Below are positions 9,003-17,249 of a stretch of DNA of 50,243 nt, piece after piece. Positions within the stretch are counted from its first letter, which is position 1. Each line of letters begins with the position of its first letter. Position numbers and translations under genes: made by a program. Source of the stretch: Deltaproteobacteria bacterium (GTDB taxonomy: Bacteria; Myxococcota; Myxococcia; Myxococcales; 40CM-4-68-19); the NCBI GenBank assembly GCA_043782525.1, contig JAYWAJ010000029.1, forward strand, positions 1 to 50,243, written 5' to 3'. Below the pieces are notes generated by a model. The model did not search any database, was not told the origin of the DNA, and saw only the letters and a list, made by a program, of their open reading frames with translations.

Positions 9003-9545
9003 TCATTGCTGCGGACCCGCGAAGATCAGCTCTCCATCGATCTGTGCCCGGTCTTCCACTTTGACGAAGAGCAACTCCGGCCGCTCCACCCCGAAGGCGT
9101 CGAGACTGATGGGGAACGAGAAGCGCGCCCGCACGCCGCCTTCCTGCGGAGTCAGGTGCACCAGGATCTGCTGGGGCTTCTGGACGCCGTTCAGGTCGAT
9201 GGTCCCCTCGAGTGTCACGTCGGTCGGGGCAGAGATGGGAAGCTGGATTCCAGAAGCCGTGCCCTTGAGCTGCACATAGGGATGCGCGGGCTCGTGGGTC
9301 ACCTCGCGAACGTGCTCGTCGCGGCTCGAGTTCCCGCTATCGAAGGAAGCGATCTTTGCCCGCACCTGGACCCGCAGCAGTCCGCCGGGCTGCACCAGCG
9401 CCCGCCCCTCGAGTGCGCGCGTGCGAGCCTTCACCTCGTGCAAGGCGTGGGTCACGGTATAGGTCAGCGTGCCCTCACGCAGGTCCAGCGCTTGTGGAGC
9501 GCCCGCGGCGGCCGCCAGGAGTGTTGCGCAGAAGAGGGCACGCAT
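9003..9545 (-). CDS. yceI: YceI-like periplasmic (polyisoprenoid-binding) protein
   Basis: 180-aa ORF with a signal peptide. The YceI hallmark ASFDSGNSSRDEHV is present, and the length and pattern suggest a beta-barrel. Confidence 0.8.
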   Translation of the reverse strand: MRALFCATLLAAAAGAPQALDLREGTLTYTVTHALHEVKARTRALEGRALVQPGGLLRVQVRAKIASFDSGNSSRDEHVREVTHEPAHPYVQLKGTASGIQLPISAPTDVTLEGTIDLNGVQKPQQILVHLTPQEGGVRARFSFPISLDAFGVERPELLFVKVEDRAQIDGELIFAGPQQ

Positions 9546-9688
9546 GTCCCAAGATCATCGACGGATTGCGGGTCGAGCGCAACCGGATTGCCTCGCAGGG
9601 GCGGGCGCGACGTCCCGGCCCTCGAGTCCGGCGCATGATCGGCCGCGTCCTTCCTCATGCTAGAAATAACGGAGGGGGCTCTGACGCA

Positions 9689-11218
9689 ATGATCCGCATC
9701 CAGCACCTTTCCGGAAGCAGGCAGGGGCAGACATCGAACTCCGGCAAGCAGGTGGTGCGCATCGGGCGCGCGCCGGACTGTGACGTGCGCTTCGACGCCG
9801 CCAAAGACCCGAAAGTCTCGGGTCACCACGCCGAGTTCCTCTACGAAGACGGCCAGTGGTTCGTGGTCGACACCGGCTCGACCAACGGCACGCTGGTGGA
9901 GGGTGCCCGCATAACCAAGCAGCGCCTGCGCCAGGGCGAGGAGATCCAGATCGGCGCCGGCGGTCCCCGGGTTCGCGTCGAATTCGACGCGCAGGACGGG
10001 TTGGGCGGCGCGATGAAGACCGAGGCGGTCTCGCTCCAGGACCTGCCCAGGCTGCGCAACTCGCCGCCTGCTCCCAACCTCGCCTCGACCGCGGTCATCT
10101 CGGCGATGTCGAGCGACCTGCGGCAGAGCGCGGATACGCAGACCGCCAAGCTCGCCGAGCTGGCGGCAAAGCAGATCGCCGAGGCCCGGCGAAAGGCGGG
10201 CGGCGTCTCCTCCGGGCAGACCATGGCCATCATGGTCAGCAGCCTCAAGGAGGTCCAGCAAGGGACCAGGACGCGGACCCGAAAGACCTGGGTCAAGGTG
10301 GTGGCGGCGGTGGCGGGCGTGGCGCTCGTCGTGGTGGCGGTGATGGGCGTCGTCATCATCCAGCAGAAGCGGCGGATCGACGCCCTGGTGAAGCAGAAGG
10401 ACGGCATCGACAAGGAGATCGCCAAGGTCCAGGCACAGATGGACGAGGAGACCGACCCGGTCAAATTGATCGAGCTGGAAGAGAAGCTGAATTCGCTCTC
10501 CGGAAGCGCCGTGCAGACCATCGAGACCCTGGAAAAGTCCGACAAGACGAAGGCCGCCGAGGTCGCCAACAAGGGAGACGAGCTCGATCAGCAGATCCGC
10601 GACATCCTGCGCAAGTTCGACGCCGCCACCTACGCGGTGCCGCCCATCTTCAAGGAGGCGCTCAAGGAGCAGATCGAGGTGCTCGAGAAGAGCTCCAACC
10701 TCAAGTACATCTACCACCGTCGGCAGAAGTACTGGCCGGCGATCGCGCGCGAGTTCGGCGCGCTCGGGCTGCCCGAGGAGATGGCCTACATCGCCTGGGC
10801 GGAGACGCAGTTCGATCCCAAGGCGAAGAGCAGCGCCGGCGCCGCGGGGATGTGGCAGATGACCCCTGCGACCGCGCAGAATTTCCACCTGCGCGTGGAC
10901 AAGCTGGTCGATGAGCGCTTCGACCCCGACAAGGAGACGCACGCGGCGGCGCAGTACCTCGCCAACCTTCTTGCCGAGTACGGCAGCGACTCGTTCATGC
11001 TGGCGATGGCCTCGTACAACCGCGGCGAGGCGGGAGTGCGGCGCGTGCTGCACCAGATCGCCCAGGAGCCGGGCGGGTTCCGCAAGGAGAAGCGCGACTT
11101 CTGGCATCTCTACCGGCTGAAGAAATTGCCGGAGGAAACGCGCGACTACGTCCCCCGCGTGCTGGCGGCGGCCATCGTCAGCCGCAACGCGCAGAAGCTG
11201 GGCCTCGAGGAGGATTAG
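9689..11218 (+). CDS. FHA domain - TM helix - coiled coil - lytic transglycosylase (SLT) fusion protein
   Basis: Part of ORF 9356..11218. ATG at 9689 follows GGAGGGGG.
- N-terminal FHA: VVRIGRAPDCDVRF..VSGHHAEFLYEDGQWFVVDTGSTNGTLVEG.
- TM helix: WVKVVAAVAGVALVVVAVMGVVII.
- Heptad-rich linker.
- SLT motifs: YIAWAETQFDPKAKSSAGAAGMWQMTPATA and ASYNRGEAGV. Confidence 0.85.
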   Translation: MIRIQHLSGSRQGQTSNSGKQVVRIGRAPDCDVRFDAAKDPKVSGHHAEFLYEDGQWFVVDTGSTNGTLVEGARITKQRLRQGEEIQIGAGGPRVRVEFDAQDGLGGAMKTEAVSLQDLPRLRNSPPAPNLASTAVISAMSSDLRQSADTQTAKLAELAAKQIAEARRKAGGVSSGQTMAIMVSSLKEVQQGTRTRTRKTWVKVVAAVAGVALVVVAVMGVVIIQQKRRIDALVKQKDGIDKEIAKVQAQMDEETDPVKLIELEEKLNSLSGSAVQTIETLEKSDKTKAAEVANKGDELDQQIRDILRKFDAATYAVPPIFKEALKEQIEVLEKSSNLKYIYHRRQKYWPAIAREFGALGLPEEMAYIAWAETQFDPKAKSSAGAAGMWQMTPATAQNFHLRVDKLVDERFDPDKETHAAAQYLANLLAEYGSDSFMLAMASYNRGEAGVRRVLHQIAQEPGGFRKEKRDFWHLYRLKKLPEETRDYVPRVLAAAIVSRNAQKLGLEED

Positions 11219-11263
11219 CCTCGGGCGCGGGGTGGTGTCAGCCCCCTCCGCTACGCTGCCCGC

Positions 11264-11893
11264 ATGAATGCTCAACAGTCCTTTCCTCCCGGCCTGCGTC
11301 GCGTCGCTGGTCATGATTCGGGTTCGCGCGTCTCGCACCACGGGCGCTCCTCCATCTCCCGGCCGACGCCGGTCCTGGCGGTCTGGCGCATGCAGGCCGG
11401 CATCGGAAGCTTGCGCGGCAAGAAGCTCTTCCGGCAGGTGGAGCAGGCCTTTCGCAGGTGCCACCGGAAGAGCGGGTTTCGGGTCACGCACTTTGCGGTC
11501 AGGGGCGCGGAGGTGCAGATGATCGTCGAGGCGGACGATACGCCGCGTTTGTCGCGCGGGATGCAGGGACTCGGAGTCTCGATGGCCAAGCGCATCAACT
11601 TCACCTCGCGCCGGCACGGTCCCGCCTTCGACGACCGCTTCTCCGCGCGGCCCCTGCGGACGCCGGACGCGGTGGCGCGCGCGCTCGAGCGCCTGCATGT
11701 GGAGCGACCCGAGTTCAGGTCCGACGGGCGCCCGCGCAAGTCCGGACCAGCCCTGGTCGCCTCGGCGCGCACCTGGCTGATGCGCGTCGGGCGCATGCGG
11801 GCGGCGCTGTTCTCACGCAGGGGGCCGCCGCGGCGCGCACCTTGGTGGCGGTTTCCGGACGCGCGCCGGCTGTGGAGGGGCCCGCCTCCGTAA
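11264..11893 (+). pseudogene. IS200/IS605 TnpA-like (REP-associated tyrosine transposase, COG1943) homologue with degenerate catalytic motifs
   Basis: GFRVTHFAVRGAEVQMIVEADD..LSRGMQGLGVSMAKRIN..FDDRFSARPLRTP resembles the family core. The usual (S/P)NH(L/V)HL(L/I)VEA HUH box reads GAEVQMIVEA. The usual DRYH reads DRFS. The C-terminal Tyr-helix region reads ALERLHVE. The Arg-rich tail runs to within 1 nt of the convergent pxpA stop. Confidence 0.5.
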
Positions 11894-11894
11894 A

Positions 11895-12632
11895 TCAGAG
11901 CGGCGCGATTTCGACGCCGGCCCGTTCCAGCGCACCCCGGATGGCGCCTGCGATCCGGTCTGCGCCCGGCGTGTCGCCATGCAGGCAGAGGGTCTGCGCG
12001 TCGACGGCGAGGCGGGAGCCGTCCGAGGCGATGACGGATCCATCCCGGACGATGCGCAGCGCCTGTTCCGCGGCTTCGGCAGGATCGTGCAGCACCGCGC
12101 CCGGCTGCGCGCGCGGCACCAGCGAGCCGTCGGGAAGGTAGCGGCGATCCGCGAAGGCCTCGCCGGCGGACGGCAGGCCGGCGGCGCGGGCTTCTTCGAT
12201 CTGCACCGAGCCGGCCAGGCCGACGAGGGTGATGTCTGCCCGGAACTCCCGCACGGCCTGCGCGAAGGCGCGGGCCAGCACGCGGTCCCGTCCGGCGCGG
12301 TTGTAGAGGGCTCCGTGTGCCTTCACATGGGTGAGGGCCGCGCCCCGGGCGCGCACCAGCGCGTCCAGGGCGCCCAGCTGGTAGAGCACGAGGCTGCGCA
12401 GCGCGTCCGGGGTGAGCTGCACCTCGCTCCGTCCGAAGTTTTCGCGGTCCGCATATCCTGGATGGGCGCCGACGTGCACGCCTCGTCCGAGCGCGAGGAG
12501 GACCGTCGTGTCCATGATGGCCGGGCCTCCCGCATGCAGTCCGCAGGCGACATTGCAGGAAGAGAGGAACGGCAGCAGCGCGGCGTCGTCGAGGCCTTCG
12601 CCCAGGTCGGCATTGAGGTCGATCTTCGTCAT
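11895..12632 (-). CDS. pxpA: 5-oxoprolinase subunit A (LamB/YcsF family)
   Basis: MTKIDLNADLGEGLDDAALLPFLSSCNVACGLHAGGPAIMDTTV..GAHPGYADRENFGR is the canonical LamB/YcsF N-terminus. The start overlaps the pxpBC stop by 4 nt. Confidence 0.9.
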   Translation of the reverse strand: MTKIDLNADLGEGLDDAALLPFLSSCNVACGLHAGGPAIMDTTVLLALGRGVHVGAHPGYADRENFGRSEVQLTPDALRSLVLYQLGALDALVRARGAALTHVKAHGALYNRAGRDRVLARAFAQAVREFRADITLVGLAGSVQIEEARAAGLPSAGEAFADRRYLPDGSLVPRAQPGAVLHDPAEAAEQALRIVRDGSVIASDGSRLAVDAQTLCLHGDTPGADRIAGAIRGALERAGVEIAPL

Positions 12633-14107
12633 GGCGATCTCTGCCCCTGCCGGGCTCGAAGCGCCTCTGCCAGGTCGACGCGCCGGAAACGGATGCGCGC
12701 CCCCGGCCGCGCTTGAGCGAGGAGGGGAAGATCGGCAGAGATGACGGTGGCAATCTTGGGATATCCGCCCGTGACCGGACGATCCGGGCCCAGCACGATG
12801 GGCAGCCCGTCGCCCGGCACCTGCACCGCGCCGGGCGCCGTGCCTTCGGGCGCGATGTCTGCCCGGCGTGGCTGGAGGGGGACGCCCTGGAGTCGAAGGC
12901 CCCGGCGATCGCTCTGTGGTGAGAGCGTGTACGGAGCCGAAAAGAAGCGGTCTGGTTGATCGAAAGAATCGAATTGGGGACCGGCGAGCGCGCGGATTTC
13001 GATAATGCTGTATCCCGCGGGATGCCTCGGAGCAGGAGGACCCGGCTGGTCCGCTTCGGGAGCCTTTCGGTCCGGCGATCGGCGGGCTGGCTCCAACTTT
13101 CCGCGCAGCACGTCGGCACCCTCGATCCGGCGCAGGGCACTCCCCGGGCGTGCCTCTACCAGTCCGCCCGCGACGGCGAGGTAACCCCGCAAGCTCTGGG
13201 CGAGCATCCCGATCTTCAGCTTCTCCCCGGGGCGGAGATCACGGACGCAGCCGTTCACGGCCACGCGCACATCGGCGAGGGCTTCGAGCTCCGGCCCAAT
13301 CAAGGTGAACTCCAGGCCTGCCGCATCGGGTGCATTTCCCAAAAGCGCGTTCACCGCGGCGAGGCCGCTCGGGTCCATCGCCCCGCCAGCCGGAACTCCG
13401 TACGCTGCGTGTCCGTACCGCGGGCCGCCCTGGATGCTGGTGTGGGGGCCCGGTTTCACAACCCGCAGGACGGGCAGTCCTTCCAGTGGGGAGGGGGGAA
13501 GGGCGGGGATCGAGGGCAGCTTTTCCACCGCCTCGAAGATCACCCGGTCGCCGGGCCGCAGCAGTGCCGGAGGTGAGGCGTCGGGGTCGAACATCCGCTC
13601 ACCGACGCGGCCGATCAGCAGCCACCCGCCTGGCGTGTCCCCCGGATAGACGCCGCTGTAGCCGCCGGCGACGGCCAGGCTTCCCGAAGGCACCCGCAGG
13701 CGCGGAGTCTGGAGCCGCGGGACCGAGAGCGGCGCAGGTGCGCCGGAGAGATAGGCAAAGCCGGGCGCAAAGCCGAGAAAGGCCACCGTGTGCACCGCCT
13801 GCGAATGCAGTCGCACCAGATCGGCAATGGCGATCCCGCTCTGGGCAGAGATCGCAGGAAGGTCGGCGCCGTCATAGACCGTGCGCAGTCGAAGGGTCCG
13901 CGCGGTTGGGCGCACCTCCGGGCCTCGCGTCACGGTGAGATTGGCCAGGTCGAAGCAGTCGGGATCGAAGAGCACCAGCAGCGTCTGCGCCCCGGGGATC
14001 GCCTCCAGAAAGCCCCGTGGTGACGCAGCCGTCAGTGCGGACGCCAGCGCGAGCGCGTCGGCGTTGGACAGATCGAGGAGCGCCGCGCCGTCGGCGAGAA
14101 CCTGCAT
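12629..14107 (-). CDS. pxpBC: Fused 5-oxoprolinase subunits B and C (KipI-like plus KipA-like domains in one polypeptide)
   Basis: Part of ORF 12629..14185, starting at the ATG at 14107, 1 nt after the MFS stop. The N-terminal half has GFAPGFAYL and PSGSLAVAGGYSGVYPGDTPGGWLLIGR (PxpB/KipI). The C-terminal half has HTSIQGGPRYGHAAYGVPAGGAMD and GPDRPVTGGYPKIATVISADL (PxpC/KipA). Confidence 0.85.
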   Translation of the reverse strand: MQVLADGAALLDLSNADALALASALTAASPRGFLEAIPGAQTLLVLFDPDCFDLANLTVTRGPEVRPTARTLRLRTVYDGADLPAISAQSGIAIADLVRLHSQAVHTVAFLGFAPGFAYLSGAPAPLSVPRLQTPRLRVPSGSLAVAGGYSGVYPGDTPGGWLLIGRVGERMFDPDASPPALLRPGDRVIFEAVEKLPSIPALPPSPLEGLPVLRVVKPGPHTSIQGGPRYGHAAYGVPAGGAMDPSGLAAVNALLGNAPDAAGLEFTLIGPELEALADVRVAVNGCVRDLRPGEKLKIGMLAQSLRGYLAVAGGLVEARPGSALRRIEGADVLRGKLEPARRSPDRKAPEADQPGPPAPRHPAGYSIIEIRALAGPQFDSFDQPDRFFSAPYTLSPQSDRRGLRLQGVPLQPRRADIAPEGTAPGAVQVPGDGLPIVLGPDRPVTGGYPKIATVISADLPLLAQARPGARIRFRRVDLAEALRARQGQRSP

Positions 14108-14108
14108 C

Positions 14109-15326
14109 TCACGCCAGCTCCCTGCCGCGCGTCTCGGGCAGGAGCACGGCGGCGACGAACAACACTGCGTACGCCGAGGCGGCAAAGATCCCGATGGCGC
14201 GTCCCAGCGGCATCTCTGCGCTCAGATAGCCGACCACGCTGGGAAAGAGAGCCCCGATGCCGCGGCCGAAGTTGTAGGTAAATCCCTGGCCCGAGCCGCG
14301 GATGCGCGTGGGAAAGAGCTCGGTGAGGAACGCGCCCATCCCGCTGAAGATGCCGGAGGCGAAGAAGCCCAGGGGGAAACCGAGGACCAGCATCTGGCCG
14401 TCGCTGATGGGCGCCTGGGTATAGACGAGCACGGTGATCATGCACCCGATGGCGAAGACGAAGAAGTTCCGCCGCCGACCGATGGCGTCGGAGAGGTACG
14501 CGCCGACCAGATAGCCGCAAAAGGAGCCGACGATGACCACCCCGAGATATCCGCCCGTGTTGAGCACGGACAGCTTGCGCTCCATCTTGAGAAACGTCGG
14601 CAGCCAGGTGGTGATGGCGTAGTAGCCGCCTTGCGCGCCGGTCGCGAGCAGGGCGGCGAGGGCGGTCGTCCGCAGCATGCCCGGCGAGAAGATCTCGAGA
14701 AAGGAGCCGGTCTCTCCCGCCTGCCGCGCCGCGCGGAAGACCGCTGGCTCCTCCACGTGCCGCCGGATGAAGAGCACGAGCAGGGCGGGCGCGATGCCGG
14801 CGAAGAAGAGGACCCGCCAGGCGGTCTGCTCCGGCAGCCTGCTGAAGACGATGGTGTAGAGGATGGCGGCGGCTCCCCACCCCAGCGCCCAGCCGCTCTG
14901 TACGGTCCCGACCGCCTTGCCGCGGTGGCGGGCAGAGATCACCTCGCCCATCAGGACCGAGCCCGCGGCCCATTCGCCGCCGAAGCCGAGGCCGATCAGC
15001 GCGCGGGCGAAAAACATGTCCCAATACCCGCGCGCGAGGCCGGACAGGCAGGTGAAGACCGCGAACCAGAGGATGGTGATCTGGAGGGTCCGTACCCGCC
15101 CGATGCGGTCGGCGAGCAATCCGGCGAGCCAGCCGCCCACCGCCGACGAGAGCAGCGCGGCCGTCGCCAGGGTGCCGGCCTGGCCGGCGGTCATGTTCCA
15201 CTCCTTGCGCAAGGTGGGGATGACGAAGGTGTAAAACTGGAAGTCCAACGCGTCGAGCGCCCAGCCGCCGAAGCAGGCGAAGAACGTGGCGCGCTCGGCG
15301 CGGGTGAGGCCGGTCCACCAGGACAT
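14109..15326 (-). CDS. MFS transporter (organic-anion/metabolite:H+ symporter-like), first gene of the pxp operon
   Basis: 405-aa ORF with 12 hydrophobic segments. MFS motifs are GWLAGLLADRIGRVRTL and ARALIGLGFGGEWAAGS. It sits immediately upstream of pxpBC-pxpA. Confidence 0.85.
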   Translation of the reverse strand: MSWWTGLTRAERATFFACFGGWALDALDFQFYTFVIPTLRKEWNMTAGQAGTLATAALLSSAVGGWLAGLLADRIGRVRTLQITILWFAVFTCLSGLARGYWDMFFARALIGLGFGGEWAAGSVLMGEVISARHRGKAVGTVQSGWALGWGAAAILYTIVFSRLPEQTAWRVLFFAGIAPALLVLFIRRHVEEPAVFRAARQAGETGSFLEIFSPGMLRTTALAALLATGAQGGYYAITTWLPTFLKMERKLSVLNTGGYLGVVIVGSFCGYLVGAYLSDAIGRRRNFFVFAIGCMITVLVYTQAPISDGQMLVLGFPLGFFASGIFSGMGAFLTELFPTRIRGSGQGFTYNFGRGIGALFPSVVGYLSAEMPLGRAIGIFAASAYAVLFVAAVLLPETRGRELA

Positions 15327-15456
15327 TGCGACACGGTAAACCCGGGGGGCCTCTGACTGTCAAACGCCTGCCCCGGGCGGAGCTGGAGCGGGGCAGGACA
15401 CGCCGTCCGTAACGCAGCCGATACCCGCCCCAGCCGGAACCACGTACAGCCATCCG

Positions 15457-17172
15457 GTGAGAACCGTCTGGACCCTGCTGTTCCTCGCCTGCGCCGGCTG
15501 TGGCGCCGGCACACTCGCCGGTGCCGACGCGGGGCCGCCGCGGTGTGGCGACGGCATCCGTCAGAGCGGGGAGGAGTGCGATCTCGGGGCAAAGAACGGC
15601 CCCAACGCCGGCTGCGAGCGCGACTGTACCTTGAGCTGCGTGCCCGGCGACCCCAAGCGCGGAGATGCCCACTGCGATCCCCACGACCCCTGCAAGGGAC
15701 ATGGGACCTGCAGCGACTTCCGCTGCACGCACTCGGGGGCGCTGCCCGCGGGCGCCGATTGCGGCAGCGGCAACCTCTGCCGCGACGGCGCCTGCCAGGC
15801 GCCGGTCTGCGGGGACGGCATCGTCACCGCTCCGGAGGAATGCGACGACGGCACCAATGACGGAGCCCGGGGCTGCGACGCGCATTGCCGCTTCACCTGC
15901 CTCGCCACCGACCCCACCCGGGACTGCACCCCGGCCGATCCCTGCCGGGGGGCGTCGTCCTGCGAGAATTCGACCCATAACTGCGCCCCGCGGACGCCGT
16001 TGGTGGATGGCACCTCCTGCGCCACCGGCAAGATCTGCAGGCAAGGTCAATGTCTGCCCAGCCTCTGCGGCAACGGCGCGGTCGACCCCGGCGAACAGTG
16101 CGACCCGCCCAACGGAAGCACCTGCGACTCCAATTGCCAGAACGTGGTCTGCGGCGACGGCGTCCGCTCCGGCGACGAGCAGTGCGACGACGGCAACCGG
16201 ACCAACCTGGACGGCTGCGACTCCGCCTGCCATTTCGAGCAGGAGCAGCGCGCTGTTGCGGTCAAGATGGTCTGGGGCACAGATGGATATTGCACCGCCA
16301 ATGCGCTGGGCTCGGCCATCGGCAGCACTGCGCAGCCGACCTTGCAGAAGCAGATCGATGCGGCGGTCGCCTCCGGCAGCATGACGCTGGCGTTCCAGGT
16401 GCTGGGGCTCGCGGACCTGACCGGCACCAACGCCACCGGCATCAAGCTGGGTGCATTGACGGGCTCACCGGCGCCGGCTCCGCCCTTCCACCACTACGAC
16501 GGCAGCAAAGACCTCGACTGGTGGTACACGCCGCAAGCCTCCGACCTCGACGCCAACCGCCTGCCCCTGGCGCAGTTGCCGGCCAGCATCTCCTCCAAGA
16601 CGCTGACCGCGGGGCCGGGCCACCTGAAGCTGACCTTCGTGCTGGGCGGAGGTCCGGTGCAGTTTGCCGGCTCCAGTGTCCGCCTGCGCGCGTCGGTCGG
16701 CGACGCCACCGCTCCCACCGAGAGCACCGCGGCCACGCCCGGACACACGCCGGGCGAACATCTCGATCGCCGGTTGACCTCGTTCCAGTCCCTGGGCAAC
16801 GGCGAACTGTGCGGCAACCTCAGCGCCGCCTCCCTCGCCGCGGCGCCCGCCCCGGCTTCGCTGCAGAGCGGCGGCTCCAGCGCCTGCGACGAGGGCTACA
16901 CCTCTGCCCACGACATGCTGGACGTCCTGGTCGGCGGGTGCTCCACGGCTTTCGGGTTCGTCACCATCCTCTCGCCGACCCAGCCGGACCAGGAGGATGC
17001 CTCGATGCCCGCCGTCGGGGGCGGAGGTCCCTACCAGCTCGTCACCAGCGGTGGAAGAGTCACCGCCTGCAAGGACCGGCATGGCGCCACCGCGACCCTG
17101 GCTCCCTGCCTGAACGCGGCCGCCTACTCGAGCGCGCTCACCTTCGCGGCCGACCGGATCATCCTCAAGTAG
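15457..17172 (+). CDS. Lipoprotein with four Myxococcus-type cysteine-rich repeats and a ~300-aa C-terminal domain of unknown function
   Basis: Lipobox is LLFLACAGC. The repeats are CGDGIRQSGEECD, CGDGIVTAPEECDDGTNDGARGCDAHC, CGNGAVDPGEQCD..CDSNC and CGDGVRSGDEQCDDGNRTNLDGCDSAC. Confidence 0.8.
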   Translation: MRTVWTLLFLACAGCGAGTLAGADAGPPRCGDGIRQSGEECDLGAKNGPNAGCERDCTLSCVPGDPKRGDAHCDPHDPCKGHGTCSDFRCTHSGALPAGADCGSGNLCRDGACQAPVCGDGIVTAPEECDDGTNDGARGCDAHCRFTCLATDPTRDCTPADPCRGASSCENSTHNCAPRTPLVDGTSCATGKICRQGQCLPSLCGNGAVDPGEQCDPPNGSTCDSNCQNVVCGDGVRSGDEQCDDGNRTNLDGCDSACHFEQEQRAVAVKMVWGTDGYCTANALGSAIGSTAQPTLQKQIDAAVASGSMTLAFQVLGLADLTGTNATGIKLGALTGSPAPAPPFHHYDGSKDLDWWYTPQASDLDANRLPLAQLPASISSKTLTAGPGHLKLTFVLGGGPVQFAGSSVRLRASVGDATAPTESTAATPGHTPGEHLDRRLTSFQSLGNGELCGNLSAASLAAAPAPASLQSGGSSACDEGYTSAHDMLDVLVGGCSTAFGFVTILSPTQPDQEDASMPAVGGGGPYQLVTSGGRVTACKDRHGATATLAPCLNAAAYSSALTFAADRIILK

Positions 17173-17249
17173 CATCGGTCGGACGACCGACGCAGGCCCC
17201 TCGGCGGTGCGGCACAGTAGCGTCGGCTACTTGAACCCGAGGGGACCGA

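Noticed and set aside
9356-9688. Upstream extension of the FHA-SLT ORF (111 extra codons). A similar extension occurs at 18..380 for the persulfide dioxygenase gene.
   Set aside because: Both extensions overlap the divergent upstream gene or promoter, are Arg/Pro/Ala-rich, and precede an internal ATG with a strong GGAGG-type Shine-Dalgarno site where the recognisable domain starts.
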